From Halodesulfurarchaeum sp. (lineage in GTDB: Archaea > Halobacteriota > Halobacteria > Halobacteriales > Halobacteriaceae), in NCBI GenBank assembly GCA_034520565.1, contig JAXHNL010000002.1, forward strand, positions 704,001 through 768,000: a stretch of 64,000 bases of DNA. Direction: 5' to 3'. The notes beneath the pieces are model-generated. The model was given only the letters and a program-made list of their open reading frames with translations, did not search any database and was not told the DNA's origin. Of the stretch, positions 27,830 to 39,673 are shown piece after piece (the stretch's first letter is position 1; the number at the start of each line of letters is the position of its first letter). The translations under genes and the position numbers were made by a program.

Positions 27830-28714
27830 TCAGCTCGACCCGTGGGTGTACCCCTCGTCCTCGAGTGGCTCTCCGTCCAGTTCGATCCCTGCGTCGGCAG
27901 GTTCGACCGTTCCGAGAACGGAGAGCGGAACGGAAAGGGTCTCTCTGACGGTTTCGACCCGCTCCTCGGGCAGAGTGCAGACGAGTTCGAAATCGCCACC
28001 GTAGGTGATGGCCTCCTCGAGCGGGTCCGTGCCGATTCCGAGGTAGGTATCGAGGTCGTCGGTGATCGGAACTGCGGACCCGTCGATAGCAAACCCGACG
28101 CCGCTCGCGGCAGCGAGCTGGTGGAGCGAGCGAGCCAGTCCGTCACTCGAATCCATCATCGCGGTGGCCGCTGTGGCGAGTTCTCGGCCGGCCGCGACTC
28201 GGGGCGTGAACTGGAACAGTTCGTTCCCCAGGTCGATCGCCCCCGCCTCGAAGGCCCGGATCCCCGCGGCGGTCCGCCCGAGAGTCCCGGTGACACAGAC
28301 GACGTCTCCCGGACTGGCCCCGTCGCGGGTGACTGGATCCGTCGTGTGCCCGATCGCCGCCGTTGCGACGGTGAACTCCGAATGGCTGTCGAGATCACCG
28401 CCGACGTAGCCTGCACCCACCGCCTCCGAGACTGCTCTGGCGCCCTTGAGGAACGGCTCGAGTTTCTCGGCTTCGAAATCCGGCACGCCCATGGCCGCCA
28501 CGGTCGCCGTGGCCTCGGCCCCCATCGCAGCGACGTCGGAGAGCGAGACGCCGACTGACCGCCAGCCTGCGGTGTAGTGGCTCGTTCCCGGCGGAAAATC
28601 CGCCGATTCGTGGAGCATGTCGATGGTGAGAACCGTGCCGTCGACGATCGCCGCGTCGTCGCTGGGCCCGTCGAGGAAGTCGGCTACCAGCGAGAGTGCC
28701 CCTTGCTCGTCCAT
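27830..28714 (-). CDS. thiL: Thiamine-monophosphate kinase
   Basis: DDAA, SLSDVAAMGA, VGGD, MMDSSDGL, GGDFEL. Confidence 0.93.
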   Translation of the reverse strand: MDEQGALSLVADFLDGPSDDAAIVDGTVLTIDMLHESADFPPGTSHYTAGWRSVGVSLSDVAAMGAEATATVAAMGVPDFEAEKLEPFLKGARAVSEAVGAGYVGGDLDSHSEFTVATAAIGHTTDPVTRDGASPGDVVCVTGTLGRTAAGIRAFEAGAIDLGNELFQFTPRVAAGRELATAATAMMDSSDGLARSLHQLAAASGVGFAIDGSAVPITDDLDTYLGIGTDPLEEAITYGGDFELVCTLPEERVETVRETLSVPLSVLGTVEPADAGIELDGEPLEDEGYTHGSS

Positions 28715-28820
28715 GTCACTCACTTGCCCGGCGGGGAAAAAAGCCGTCCGGTCGGGGCGACAGAACCGCCGGCGAACGCCTAACGAATGGTTTAAACGGC
28801 GGCATCGAGAATCCGCGGGC

Positions 28821-29276
28821 ATGGCAACTCTTTACGACGCCCCTGCGGACGAGCTCATCGAGGCGCTCGCCGAGGAGCTCTCGGAGCGACTCGATGCGCC
28901 CGACTGGGCCACGTACACGAAGACCGGCGCGAGCCGCGAATTGCCCCCCGAGCAGGCGGACTTCTGGGCCACCCGGACCGCGAGTGTCCTCCGGAAGGTG
29001 GCGATGAACGCCCCGATCGGCGTCGAACGCCTCTCGACGGCCTACGGCGGGACCAAAGACGGTTCGAACCGCTACCAGGTCGCCCCGAGCAAGCGCAGCG
29101 ACGGCTCTCAGAAGATCCTTCGCGAGATCCTGCAGGACCTCGAGGACGAGGGCCTGATCATGACCCGCGACGGTGAGGGTCGGGACATCACGCCCGAGGG
29201 CCAACAGCTCCTCGACGAGACCGCCGGCGAGGTCATCGAGGCCCTCGACGATCCCGAACTCGAGCGCTACGCGTAA
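28821..29276 (+). CDS. rps19e: 30S ribosomal protein S19e
   Basis: PDWATYTKTGASRELPP, IGVERLSTAYGG, GRDITPEG. Confidence 0.96.
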   Translation: MATLYDAPADELIEALAEELSERLDAPDWATYTKTGASRELPPEQADFWATRTASVLRKVAMNAPIGVERLSTAYGGTKDGSNRYQVAPSKRSDGSQKILREILQDLEDEGLIMTRDGEGRDITPEGQQLLDETAGEVIEALDDPELERYA

Positions 29277-29500
29277 GTCCCGGTTTGATTTTCTTCCCGC
29301 CGGGGCCGTTCTCACTGGTCCAGCCGGCGTTTTATCGAGAATTACTGGACACCAGCCGAAGCTTTATCAGCAAAAACCGGGCCAGCCCGACCCATGCTGT
29401 AACCACCGGCCCGGATCGGTTCGCGGGTGTGCGACGACCCGATTCGGGACCGAAAAGTCGCCTGTTCGCCCTGTATCCGCCTGGTCGCAGCCCGGGCCGA

Positions 29501-30781
29501 TCAGGTCCCCTGCTGCCAGCTGTCCATGTACTCCTGCTGGGTCGGTGTCAGCTCGTCGATCGCGATGTCCTCGGCTTCGAGTTTGATCGCTGCGACTTCT
29601 CGGTCGAGTTCGTCCGGGACTTCGTGGACGCCGGCCTCGTAGTCCTCGCCGTTCGTCACGAGTTCCCGAACACAGACGGCCTGGATGCCGAAGCTCTGGT
29701 CCATGACTTCGACGGGGTGGCCCAGCGAGACCGGGCTCGCCAGGTTCACGAGCCGCCCCTCCGCGAGGACGTTGATCCGGCGGCCGTCGCTCAGCTCGTA
29801 CTCCCGGATCCCGTCTCGCACGGTCGACTCCGAGACCGCGAGTTCGGAGAGCCCGTCGAGATCGATCTCGACGTCGAAGTGGCCGGCGTTGGCCAGGACG
29901 ACCCCGTCCTGCATCCGCTCGACGTGTTCGGGCGTGATGATGTCCCGGTTGCCGGTCGTCGTGATGAAGACGTCACCCTTCTCGGCGGCTTTCGCCATCG
30001 GGAGCACTTCGTACCCCTCCATGTGGGCCTCGAGGGCCCGACGCGGGTCGATCTCGGTGACCACCACCGAGGCGTTCTGGCCCGAGGCCTTCCGCGCGAC
30101 ACCCCGGCCACACTGGCCGAATCCCGCGACGACGACGGTCTTTCCGGCCCAGGAGAGGTTGGTCGTCATCGCGATGCTGGAGAGGGAGGCCTCCCCGGTG
30201 CCGTGGACGTTGTCGAAGAGCCGCTTCATCGGCGTGTCGTTCACCGCGAAGACCGGGTACTTGAGCGCCCCGTCGGCGTCCATCGAGCGGAGGCGGTGGA
30301 CGCCGGTGGTCGTCTCCTCGGAGCCGCCGACGATCGAGTCGATCAGTTCGGGGTGTTCCTCGTGGATCCGGAAGACGAGGTCGCCCCCGTCGTCGACGGT
30401 GATGTCCGGCTCGTGGGCGATGACGGCCTCGATGGCGTCGTAGTACCCCGTTTCGTCGACCCCTCGCTCGGCATACGAGGTGATGGACTCGTTCGCGTCG
30501 AGGGCCGCGCTCACGTCGTCGTGGGTCGAGAGCGGGTTACAGCCGGTGATGGCGATCTCGGCCCCGCCGGCGGCGAGTGCCTCGACGAGTGCCGCCGTCT
30601 TGGCCTCGACGTGGAGGGCCATGCCGATGGTATAGCCTGCAAAGGGTTGTTCGGCCTCGAAGTCCGCCCGGAGGGACTGGACGATCGGCATATGCTCGAA
30701 CGCCCAGTCGATCTTCTTTCGACCGTCGGCGACGGCATCCTCGACGTCCGAGAGCCGCTCACTGATCGGAGAAACTGTCAT
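29501..30781 (-). CDS. ahcY: Adenosylhomocysteinase
   Basis: [34 protein letters not shown]. Confidence 0.96.
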   Translation of the reverse strand: MTVSPISERLSDVEDAVADGRKKIDWAFEHMPIVQSLRADFEAEQPFAGYTIGMALHVEAKTAALVEALAAGGAEIAITGCNPLSTHDDVSAALDANESITSYAERGVDETGYYDAIEAVIAHEPDITVDDGGDLVFRIHEEHPELIDSIVGGSEETTTGVHRLRSMDADGALKYPVFAVNDTPMKRLFDNVHGTGEASLSSIAMTTNLSWAGKTVVVAGFGQCGRGVARKASGQNASVVVTEIDPRRALEAHMEGYEVLPMAKAAEKGDVFITTTGNRDIITPEHVERMQDGVVLANAGHFDVEIDLDGLSELAVSESTVRDGIREYELSDGRRINVLAEGRLVNLASPVSLGHPVEVMDQSFGIQAVCVRELVTNGEDYEAGVHEVPDELDREVAAIKLEAEDIAIDELTPTQQEYMDSWQQGT

Positions 30782-30823
30782 GCTCGAAGGGAGGGCCAGC
30801 GCGCTTTAATGGGTATCGGAAAG

Positions 30824-32110
30824 TCAGGCGCGATCGACGAGCTCTGCGGCCCGCGATTTGGCATCCTCCCTGACGGCCTGTTCGTCGAGAGTCACCACCT
30901 CGCGGTCTTCCATGAGGACCCGTCCGTCCACTATCGTGTGGCGGACGTCGTCCCCGTGGGCGGCGTAGACGAGGTTCGAGACGTACTCGTGGACCGGCGT
31001 CATGCGGGGCCTGCCGAAATCGACCACGATGAGATCGGCAGCCCCACCGGGCTCGATCAGTCCGCCGGGGAGCCCCAGCGCGCGGGACCCTCCCTCGGTC
31101 GCCATGCGGATGACTGCCTCGGCCGGCACGGCACTGGCGTCCGCAGCCGCTAGTTTGCCAAGCAACGCGGCATCCCGCATCTCGCCGAACATGTCCAGAT
31201 CGTTGTTCGAGGCGGCCCCGTCGGTGCCCAGCGCCAGCGGGACCCCCTCCTCGAGCAGTTCCTCGACCGGCGCCATGCCGGAGGCCAACTTCATGTTCGA
31301 GGCCGGGCAGTGCACGACGCTCGGTGCCCGCTCGGCCAGCAGATTTATCTCCGCCTCGTCGACGTGGACGCCGTGAGCGAGGAAGTCCCGGGACTCGAGC
31401 AGCCCCAGATCGGCGGCGTATTCCAGCGGTCGAACGCCCTCCTCCTCGACGATCGGGGTCACCTCTGCTGTGGTTTCGTTCGCGTGGATGTGGAGTGGGA
31501 CATCGAAATCTCGGGCGGCCGCGACCGTCTCGCGAAGCGCCTCCTCGTTGACGGTGGTGAGCGAATGGGGCGACAGCGCCGCCTCGATCCGGCCATCGTC
31601 CCGATCGGCCGTCCGGCGAGCGAAGTCGATCCCCTCCTGGACGTCGGCCTCGGCGCCTTCCTGGTCCTTCCCGACGGTGACGACACCGTGAGAGAGCCGC
31701 GCCCGGAGGCCGGCCCGGTCGACGGCCGCCACCACCTCGTCCATGTGGAAGTACATGCCTGCAAAGGCGGTCGTCCCCGAGCGGATCATCTCGAGCAGCG
31801 CGAGTTCGGTTCCCGCCCGGATGTCGGCCGGTTCGAGCGCGGCCTCCGCCGGCCAGATGTCCTCCTGGAGCCACGCGTCGAGGGGTTTGTCGTCGGCGTA
31901 GCCCCGGAGAAGCGTCATCGCCGCGTGGGTGTGGGCGTTGACCAGTCCGGGCATGACGAGTCCGCCGGCCGCCGAGAGGGTCCGGTCGCCGGCGAGGTCC
32001 GTGCCGACGGCCCGGATCTTGCCCGCGTCCTGGTCCACGAGGACGTCCGCCCGCGAGACCGAGCCGTCGGGATGAAGCACGTGCCCGTCGGTCACACAGA
32101 TGGTCGACAT
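30824..32110 (-). CDS. Amidohydrolase (MTA/SAH deaminase-like)
   Basis: [33 protein letters not shown]; adjacent to ahcY. Confidence 0.88.
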   Translation of the reverse strand: MSTICVTDGHVLHPDGSVSRADVLVDQDAGKIRAVGTDLAGDRTLSAAGGLVMPGLVNAHTHAAMTLLRGYADDKPLDAWLQEDIWPAEAALEPADIRAGTELALLEMIRSGTTAFAGMYFHMDEVVAAVDRAGLRARLSHGVVTVGKDQEGAEADVQEGIDFARRTADRDDGRIEAALSPHSLTTVNEEALRETVAAARDFDVPLHIHANETTAEVTPIVEEEGVRPLEYAADLGLLESRDFLAHGVHVDEAEINLLAERAPSVVHCPASNMKLASGMAPVEELLEEGVPLALGTDGAASNNDLDMFGEMRDAALLGKLAAADASAVPAEAVIRMATEGGSRALGLPGGLIEPGGAADLIVVDFGRPRMTPVHEYVSNLVYAAHGDDVRHTIVDGRVLMEDREVVTLDEQAVREDAKSRAAELVDRA

Positions 32111-32251
32111 GGCCGCGGGTTCGTGGTGGGCGTCCCTGAATCTGCCGCTTGCCAGCCCGGGCCAGACGGTCCCGTTGGACCGAGCGGATGGCCGATTCGC
32201 CGTGGCTCGCGATGGAAACGTAAATACGCGCGCCCCCGCTACGAACCGGCA

Positions 32252-33100
32252 ATGCGTATTGCGATCCCGAACAAGGGCCGGTTGCACGACCCGGCCGTCG
32301 AACTCCTGGACCGGGCGGGCATCCACGTCGTCGACGGGGAGGACCGGCAGCTCTACGCCGACACGGTGGACCCCGATATCACGATTCTCTTCGCGCGGGC
32401 CGCTGACATTCCGGAGTACATCGCCGACGGGGCGGCCGATCTCGGTATCACGGGCTTCGATCAGGCCGCGGAGGCTGACTGCCCGGAGGTCGAACCGCTA
32501 CTGGACCTGGAGTTCGGCCAGTGTCGAATCGTCGTCGCCGCCCCCGAGGACGGGGACATCACCGACATCGAGGACCTTGATGGCAAGACCGTCGCGACCG
32601 AGTTCCCGCACATCACGGAGAAGCACTTCGCCGCGGCCGGCGTCGAGGCCGAAATCGTGGAGGTCACCGGGGCCACGGAACTCACCCCGCACGTCGAAAT
32701 GGCCGACGCCATCGTGGACATCACGAGCACCGGGACCACGCTGGCAGTCAACCGGCTCGCGATCATCGACGAAGTGCTTGAGAGTTCGGCCCACCTCTTC
32801 GCCCACGAGGACGTGGTGAACGACCGGAAGACCTCCGAGATCGACCGGGCCCTCGAATCGGTGCTCGCGGCGGAGGGCCGTCGCTACATCATGCTCAACG
32901 CGCCGAAGTCCAACCTCGAGACGATCAAGGAGATCATCCCCGGCATGGGCGGGCCGACGGTGATGAACGTCAACGGGACCGATCAGGTCGCGATCCACGC
33001 CGTCATTCGGGAGGACGAGGTCTTCCGGACGGTCACGCGGCTCAAGGCACAGGGTGCGACCGACATTCTCGTCACCGAAATCGAGCGATTGGTCGAGTAG
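32252..33100 (+). CDS. hisG: ATP phosphoribosyltransferase
   Basis: [30 protein letters not shown]. Confidence 0.96.
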   Translation: MRIAIPNKGRLHDPAVELLDRAGIHVVDGEDRQLYADTVDPDITILFARAADIPEYIADGAADLGITGFDQAAEADCPEVEPLLDLEFGQCRIVVAAPEDGDITDIEDLDGKTVATEFPHITEKHFAAAGVEAEIVEVTGATELTPHVEMADAIVDITSTGTTLAVNRLAIIDEVLESSAHLFAHEDVVNDRKTSEIDRALESVLAAEGRRYIMLNAPKSNLETIKEIIPGMGGPTVMNVNGTDQVAIHAVIREDEVFRTVTRLKAQGATDILVTEIERLVE

Positions 33101-33147
33101 GCCCGAGCCTGGGACGGACGAGCCCGGGAGACCGGCTGGAAACCCAG

Positions 33148-33708
33148 TTATTCCAGCAGGCCGAGTTCTTCGAGGCGAGAGACGATCTTGTCGACGGCGT
33201 GTTCGGCGTCCTCGGGTCGCTTTCCGCCCGTGATGACCAGCTTCCCGCTGCCGAAGAGGAGTGCGACGACCTCCGGTTCGTCGAGGCGATAGACCAGGCC
33301 GGGGAACTGTTCGGGTTCGTACTCGATGTTCTCGAGGCCGAGGCCGATGGCGATGGCGTTGAGGTTGAGCTGTCGGCCCAGGTCGGCACTCGTGACGATG
33401 TTCTGGACCACGATCTCCGGGTCGTCCTCGACCTTGATGGAGAGGTCACGCAGCTTATCGAAGACGATGTGGAGGCTCTCGTGGACGTCGTCGGTGCTTT
33501 TCGCCCCGGTGCAGACGATCTTCCCCGACCGGAAGATGAGGGCGGCCGACTTGGGGTCCTGGGTTCGGTAGACCAGGCCGGGGAACTGCTCCGGGTCGTA
33601 GTCCGCCCCCTCGAGATCCATGGCGACCGACTGGAGATCGAGCTCTTGCCCGATCCCCGTCGAGGCGACCACGTTCTCGATGTTGATGGTTTCCTTGGGA
33701 TCACTCAT
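33148..33708 (-). CDS. tbp: TATA-box binding protein
   Basis: Two repeats of Y(D/E)PEQFPGLVYR; IFRSGKIVCTG. Confidence 0.97.
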   Translation of the reverse strand: MSDPKETINIENVVASTGIGQELDLQSVAMDLEGADYDPEQFPGLVYRTQDPKSAALIFRSGKIVCTGAKSTDDVHESLHIVFDKLRDLSIKVEDDPEIVVQNIVTSADLGRQLNLNAIAIGLGLENIEYEPEQFPGLVYRLDEPEVVALLFGSGKLVITGGKRPEDAEHAVDKIVSRLEELGLLE

Positions 33709-33909
33709 ATGCGTTTTAAGGCTTGTATTTAAGGTTTATAAATATTTGCAGTGCCAGACTCGTTCACACGATCTGACTTGTCGACCGGCCGTTCCCGATT
33801 GGGACGACAGTTCCGTCCGGACCGGCGACCGCTCTCCAGTGGACGGACCGACGTGTACCGGGCCCGACGGACCGACACGCTCAGGGGCGTGGCCCGATTT
33901 ATTTCCGGC

Positions 33910-34881
33910 GTGTACGTCCTGGAGTTCGCCGGGGAGGACGACCCGTTCGCAGCGGCGGAGGCCCGGGCAGCCGCGAGTGGCGTCTCGATTCTCGCTCCGG
34001 GGCTCGGGACGGCCGACGCGGTCGATCTGGAGCGAGTGCGCGGGCTGGCCTACACGCGCCGGGCGTCAGAACTCGTGGCTCAGGCTGCCGCCGACGTCGA
34101 GACTGTCGTGGCGGTCCTCGAGGGGGCCTCAATCGAGCGCTCCGGGACCGTCGCCGTCCGGGCCAGAGACGTCCGGGGAACGGCCGACATCGACACCCAG
34201 GCCGCCGAACGCGAACTGGGCCGGGTCCTCGTCGATCGAGGGTTCGATGTGGACCTCTCGAATCCGGATCACACGCTCGTTGCGCTCTTTGCGGACAGTT
34301 CGGCGGTGCTCGGGTGGCAACTCGCCACTTCGACTCGCGAGTACGGCGATCGGGCGCCAACCGAGAGGCCGTTTTTCCAGCCCGGGAGCATGGACCCGCT
34401 CCTCGCTCGCGCGGTCGGCAACCTGGCCCGGATCGAGCCGGGGGATCTCGTGCTCGATCCCATGTGTGGAACCGGGGGCTTGCTCATCGAGGCGGGCCTG
34501 CTGGGCGGTCGACCGATCGGGATCGACGCCCAGGAGAAGATGGTCAAGGGGACCCGCGAGAATCTGCAGGAGGTGCTCGGTGAATCGCCACTGGTGGCCC
34601 GTGGCGACGGAACGAGGCTTCCGCTCCCGGCGGACAGCGTGGACGCGGTCGTCTTCGACGTCCCCTACGGTCGCCAGTCGAAGATCGAGACTCACGGGCT
34701 CGCCGATCTGGTCGAGGGAGCCCTTTTCGAAGCCAGGCGAGTCAGCCCGCGAGCTGTCGTGGTGGCCGACCGCTCCTACGAAGTGCTGGCCCGGGAAGCG
34801 GGCTGGACGGTGACTGAAACTCACGAACGGCGGGTCCACCGCTCGCTCACCAGGCACGTCCACGTGCTGACTCCCGACTGA
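33910..34881 (+). CDS. THUMP + SAM methyltransferase (tRNA G10, Trm11-like)
   Basis: RPFFQPGSM, DPMCGTGG, DVPYG. Confidence 0.88.
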   Translation: MYVLEFAGEDDPFAAAEARAAASGVSILAPGLGTADAVDLERVRGLAYTRRASELVAQAAADVETVVAVLEGASIERSGTVAVRARDVRGTADIDTQAAERELGRVLVDRGFDVDLSNPDHTLVALFADSSAVLGWQLATSTREYGDRAPTERPFFQPGSMDPLLARAVGNLARIEPGDLVLDPMCGTGGLLIEAGLLGGRPIGIDAQEKMVKGTRENLQEVLGESPLVARGDGTRLPLPADSVDAVVFDVPYGRQSKIETHGLADLVEGALFEARRVSPRAVVVADRSYEVLAREAGWTVTETHERRVHRSLTRHVHVLTPD

Positions 34882-34885
34882 GTTT

Positions 34886-35925
34886 TCAGGGTTTCGGCGG
34901 TCGGGACGGCTCCAGATCGGCGTCCGGGTCGAGCAACGAGAGGAAGTGCGCGAGGTGGATGCGGGCGCTGGTTCCCCGTGTGAGGTCGAACTCGATCCGC
35001 CCGGCGACCTCGTGAAGCGTCGCCAGTTTGGTCCCGCTGTACCGGGTCCGGGCGGCGTCCATCACTTCCTCGAGCAGTTCCTCCCCGAGCGGCCCTCATC
35101 GACGAGGAGGTCATCGAGGATCGAGCGGGCGTCCTGGAAGTCCCCCGCTTCGGCATCGTCGAGCATTTCCGCGATGCGGTCGTCCAGTCCCACATCGCGG
35201 AGCGGCTCCAGCACGGTCGTTCCCTTCAACTCGCCGGTTTTCTCGGCGGCGGTCTGGGCGGCCAATATCGCCTCCCTGAGATCTCCCTCCGCGTAGGAGG
35301 CCAGATACGAGAGCCCCTCTTCGTCGGATGCAACCCCTTCCTTTTCGACGATCGACTCGAGTACGGCGACGGTCTCATCGCGGGTGGGAGTTCGCATGGG
35401 AATCGGGACACACCGCGACCGGATCGGCGAGATGAGTTTGCTCGGCTGGCGGGTGGTAATGACGAACTGGGTGGCCGTGTAGTACTGCTCCATCACTCGC
35501 CGGAGTGCCTGCTGGAAGTCCTCTCGGATCGCTTCGCTGTTGTCGAGCAGGATCGTGTTGTACGAGCCCGACACCGGCGGGTGGCTCGCGCTTTCGGTGA
35601 GCACGTAGTTGATCAGGTCGGCCTTCGAGGAATTGCGTTTCCGTTTCGGGGTGATGAACCGTTCGAAGCGGGGATCCTCGCTCAACTCCGATTTCGTCAT
35701 TCCGAAGAAGTCCGCGACGTTGATCTCGATCAGGTCTCCCTCGGGGTCCTCGTGGGCCGCCGCCGCGAGCGCACGCACGGCGGCGGTCTTGCCCACACCG
35801 GGCGGTCCGTGAAGGACGAGATTGACCGGCTCGTCGACCACGTCCTCGAGCCGATCCCGCACCGACTCCTGGGGGAGTTCCGAAAGGGCCGGCGCGTGTC
35901 GGTCGATCCAGAGGGGCCGCTCCAT
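34886..35925 (-). CDS. Replication factor C small subunit-like AAA+ protein (1 frameshift near 35085)
   Basis: LWIDRHAP, GPPGVGKT, QQALRRVME, PIRSRC, GDLR. Confidence 0.88.
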
Positions 35926-36017
35926 CGGGCGTGGGTACCCGGCGCCCGAATAAGAATCGGTCGGTCTCGCCGGCCCGGGTCCGAAGCGGGTTTACCGGAA
36001 CCGCTCGAAACGCGGGT

Positions 36018-36944
36018 ATGACTCTTCGCGTCACGTTTCTGGGGACCAGCGGGGCCATCCCCACGACGGCCCGGAACCCCAGTTCGATCTTCTGCCGGCG
36101 GGCCGGCGAGGCGTTCCTCTTCGACGTCGGAGAGGGGACCCAGCGCCAGATGATGCGCTTCGGGACGGGGTTTGACGTCGACGCCGTCTTCCTGACTCAC
36201 GTCCACGGCGATCACGTCCTCGGCCTCCCGGGCCTGATCCAAACCTGGGGGTTCAACGAGCGAACGGATCCGCTCGCCATCTATACCCCTCGTGGAACCC
36301 GGCGCGAGATCGTCTCCCTGATCTATGCGATCGCGGACGAGCCCGACTATCTCGTCACCGTCGAGGAAGTGACGCCCGGCTCGACCGTCCGGGAGCACGA
36401 GGAGTACGAGATCCGGGCCATCGAGGCGGACCATCGAACGGCTGCGGTGGGCTATGCGCTCGTGGAAGCCGACCGGAAGGGTCGCTTCGACCGCGACAGG
36501 GCCGAAGAACTGGGCGTCCCCGCCGGTCCGAAGTTCTCTCAACTCCACGAGGGCGAGCCGGTCGAACTCGAGGACGGAACCGTCGTCCAGCCCGAGGAAG
36601 TCGTGGGTCCGGCCCGACCCGGCCGCCGACTCGTGTACACCGGCGATACGAGACCGATCGGCCCAGTGGAGACGGCTGCCGCGGACGCGGACCTCTTGAT
36701 CCACGACGCGACCTTCGCGGAAACCGAGAACGACCGGGCTCGCGAGACGGGGCACTCGACTGCCCGGGAGGCCGGTCGACTCGCCGAACGGGCCGGCGCG
36801 AAGCGACTGGCGCTGACACACGTCTCGCCACGGTACGCCGGGGATACGGGGATCCTCCTCCAGGAGGCAAGAGCCGCCTTCGACGGCGAGGTCATGCTGG
36901 CCGAGGACGGCCAGACCGTCGAGATTCCGTATCCCGACGAGTGA
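36018..36944 (+). CDS. rnz: Ribonuclease Z
   Basis: FLGTSG, THVHGDH, GDTRP, HDATF, HVSPRY. Confidence 0.95.
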   Translation: MTLRVTFLGTSGAIPTTARNPSSIFCRRAGEAFLFDVGEGTQRQMMRFGTGFDVDAVFLTHVHGDHVLGLPGLIQTWGFNERTDPLAIYTPRGTRREIVSLIYAIADEPDYLVTVEEVTPGSTVREHEEYEIRAIEADHRTAAVGYALVEADRKGRFDRDRAEELGVPAGPKFSQLHEGEPVELEDGTVVQPEEVVGPARPGRRLVYTGDTRPIGPVETAAADADLLIHDATFAETENDRARETGHSTAREAGRLAERAGAKRLALTHVSPRYAGDTGILLQEARAAFDGEVMLAEDGQTVEIPYPDE

Positions 36945-37017
36945 GCTGCCCGCTCGAAGGGGCTGCGGATGAACCAATTCGCGAACGCGAAAAATCGGCC
37001 CGGAACTCGCAGTCGAC

Positions 37018-37335
37018 TCAGCCGAACTTGTAGGTCATGCCCGAACCGTTGGGCGGGTTCTCCCAGATGACGTTGTCGTAGGGACAGGCCCACCGACAGC
37101 TGCCACATTCGAGGCAGTTCTCGTAGGCGATGAGGGGGACACCGTCCTCCTCGCCTTCGTTCCGCCAGACGTTGGCCGGACAGACCGAGACGCAGTCGTA
37201 GGTCTCACAGTCTAGGCAGGTGTCCTCCTCGAAGACGCCCAGATGGGAGTCCTCGTGGTCGGTGTACTTGTTCGCGTAGAGGCGATCCTCGATGCTCGGC
37301 CGCTCGACCTCGGGTGTTTTGGGGTGTGCGCTCAT
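37018..37335 (-). CDS. fixX: FixX-like ferredoxin
   Basis: CxxC...CPA and CLECGSC...CP; ends GMTYKFG. Confidence 0.85.
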   Translation of the reverse strand: MSAHPKTPEVERPSIEDRLYANKYTDHEDSHLGVFEEDTCLDCETYDCVSVCPANVWRNEGEEDGVPLIAYENCLECGSCRWACPYDNVIWENPPNGSGMTYKFG

Positions 37336-38663
37336 GAGAGGAGTTTCCGGTATTTCCAGGCCTTCTTTGCCGCGCCAGTCCAGCCGCCGACCGCGCGGAG
37401 CAGCATGTGTTTGGCGCGCTTCGCGTGAGTCTCTTTCGGCTCGTAGTCCTGTTTGAAGAACTCGAGTTCGGCTTCGGTCAGCGCCCGGGGCAGTTGCTGG
37501 AAGAGGAACTGTTTCTCGTCGTGGGCGAAGTCGCCGAACCAGTCGTAGTTCCGCAGGTTCTCCATCACGTAGGAGTCCTCGAGGCGGTCCGGGTAGCCCT
37601 GCAATGCCGCGGCGTCGGTTCGGCCCTCATCGATGGCCTCGGCGACTGCCTGGCCGGCCAAATAGCCGCTCTCGACGGCCATGTTCGTCCCTTCGAGGTG
37701 GATGCCGTTGTTGAGGAGCAGGCTGGCCGCGTCCCCGACGATCACGGCGCCGTCGTGGGCGAGGTCCGGGACTGCGGAGGCCCCGCCCTCGGGAATGGCC
37801 TTCGCGGAGTACTCGACCACGCGACCGCCTTTGACCAGCGGTGCGATCGCCGGGTGCTCCTTGAAGTCCGAGAGCACTTCGTCCGGTTTCCGTTCGTCCT
37901 GAATCGCATCCGAGATCGTGTAGGCGAGCCCGATAGCCAGGGTCCGCTTGTTCGTGTAGATGAACCCGCCGCCGACGGCCCCGCCACAGGCACCTTCGCC
38001 GAAGTAGTGATAGGCGGCCCCGTCGTCCTCGCCGAGGCCGAACCGCTCCTGGATGGTTTCGCGGTCGTACTTCCGGACCTCCTTGACGCCGATGGCGACG
38101 TTCTCTGGTGGATCAGGTTCCTTGAGCCCGGCGGCCTCGGACACGAGGGAGTTGCCGCCCTCGGCGAGTACCACGACCGGGGCCCGGATCGTCCCGTCCG
38201 GGCGGTCGGTCTCCACGCCGACGATCGAGCCGTCCTCGCGAAGCACGTCGGTGACGGTCGTCTGGGTGACCAGCGTCGCGCCGGCCTCGACGGCCTGCTC
38301 GGCGAACCATTCGTCGAAGTTCCCACGAAGGACGGTGTAGGTGTCGTTGTGGGAGTCCTCGTGCCACGCGCCCGGCTTGATCGACATAGCGGTCTCGTCC
38401 TCGGGGGAGAGCAGGCCGAAGCGTTTCTCCCCGAGGTACCGTTCGACGGGGGCGTCCTCGAAGTCCTCGCCGGTGAGTTCGCGGATCCGGGGGGTGTACA
38501 TCGTCCCGCCGAAGACGTTCTTCGCGCCGGGGTAGTTCCCCCGCTCGATGATCAGCACCTCGCGGTCCCGCTGGGCCATCGTCAGCGCGGCTGCAGTGCC
38601 CGCGAGACCGGCGCCAACCACGATGGCGTCGAAGTGGTCGTCGTAGTTCGGCGTTTCAGTCAT
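37332..38663 (-). CDS. fixC: FixC-like flavoprotein (ETF:quinone oxidoreductase)
   Basis: VGAGLAG, ERGNYPGAKNVFGG, GGGFIYTN, EYSAKAIPEGG, VGDAA. Confidence 0.88.
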   Translation of the reverse strand: MTETPNYDDHFDAIVVGAGLAGTAAALTMAQRDREVLIIERGNYPGAKNVFGGTMYTPRIRELTGEDFEDAPVERYLGEKRFGLLSPEDETAMSIKPGAWHEDSHNDTYTVLRGNFDEWFAEQAVEAGATLVTQTTVTDVLREDGSIVGVETDRPDGTIRAPVVVLAEGGNSLVSEAAGLKEPDPPENVAIGVKEVRKYDRETIQERFGLGEDDGAAYHYFGEGACGGAVGGGFIYTNKRTLAIGLAYTISDAIQDERKPDEVLSDFKEHPAIAPLVKGGRVVEYSAKAIPEGGASAVPDLAHDGAVIVGDAASLLLNNGIHLEGTNMAVESGYLAGQAVAEAIDEGRTDAAALQGYPDRLEDSYVMENLRNYDWFGDFAHDEKQFLFQQLPRALTEAELEFFKQDYEPKETHAKRAKHMLLRAVGGWTGAAKKAWKYRKLLS

Positions 38664-39673
38664 GCTGTGCCCTCCTTGGCCTTCCGAATCGCTTCAGTTA
38701 GCGCCGGAACCACCTCGAAGAGGTCCCCAACGATACCGTAATCGGCGTCGTCGAAGATCGGCGCGTTCGGGTCGTCGTTGATCGCGATGATGGTCTTCGA
38801 GTCGTTCATGCCCTCAAGGTGCTGGATCGCCCCGCTGATCCCCGCGGCAATATAGAGCTCGGGCTTGACGGTCTTCCCGGTCTGGCCGACCTGCCGGGCC
38901 GCTTCGATCCACCCCTCCTCGACGGCCTCGCGGGTCGCGGCAACTTCGCCGCCGAGGACGTCGGCGAGTTCCTCGATGGGGCCGAAGTCGCCCTCGGTGC
39001 CGAACCCGCCCGCGACGACCACCTCGGCGTCGGTGATGTCCGTGATGTCCCCGACGACCCGCTCGATGACACGTGAGTGGACGTTCGATTCGTCCACCGA
39101 GGACTCGATCTCGGTGATCGTGCCCTCGCGGACGCGGTCGGGCTCGGCCGCGTCGAAGACCCCCGGCCGGACCGTCGCCATCTGCGGGCGGTGGTCGACG
39201 CACTTGATCGTCGCCATGGCGTCACCGCCGAAGGTGGGCCGTTTGGCCAGGAGGAGCCCGGTTTCGGCTTCGATCTCGAGTTCCGTACAGTCGGCGGTCA
39301 GCCCGGCGTAGGTCGGGACGGCCACGCGGCCGGCGAAGTCTCGACCGGTGTGACTGCCGCCGATGAGGACGATGTCCGGCTTGCGCTCTTCGACGAGGAC
39401 CCTGAACTGTTCTCCGTACGGGCCGGGGAGATAGGGCTCGAAGATCGGGTCCTCGACGACGAGCACCTCGTCGGCGCCACGCTGGATGGCCTCCTCGGCG
39501 AGGTGGGTGACTTCCTCGCCCATGACCAGTGCCACGAGCCGGTCGCCCTTCGCGTCAGCGAGCTCTCGCCCCTTTGCGAGGAGTTCCCAGGAGACTTTCG
39601 CCGGCTCGCCGTCGTGCTGTTCGATGAAGACCCAGACGTCCTCGTACTCCTCGGTGTCGACTTCCCCCGGCAT
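38660..39673 (-). CDS. fixB: Electron transfer flavoprotein alpha (FixB)
   Basis: GLTADCT, RPTFGG, QVGQTGKTV, GISGAIQH. Confidence 0.92.
   Translation of the reverse strand: MPGEVDTEEYEDVWVFIEQHDGEPAKVSWELLAKGRELADAKGDRLVALVMGEEVTHLAEEAIQRGADEVLVVEDPIFEPYLPGPYGEQFRVLVEERKPDIVLIGGSHTGRDFAGRVAVPTYAGLTADCTELEIEAETGLLLAKRPTFGGDAMATIKCVDHRPQMATVRPGVFDAAEPDRVREGTITEIESSVDESNVHSRVIERVVGDITDITDAEVVVAGGFGTEGDFGPIEELADVLGGEVAATREAVEEGWIEAARQVGQTGKTVKPELYIAAGISGAIQHLEGMNDSKTIIAINDDPNAPIFDDADYGIVGDLFEVVPALTEAIRKAKEGTA

Noticed and set aside
34886-35925. rfc (and DUF460) as pseudogenes
   Set aside because: Single 1-nt shifts near the 3' ends with intact downstream frames; most likely sequencing errors.
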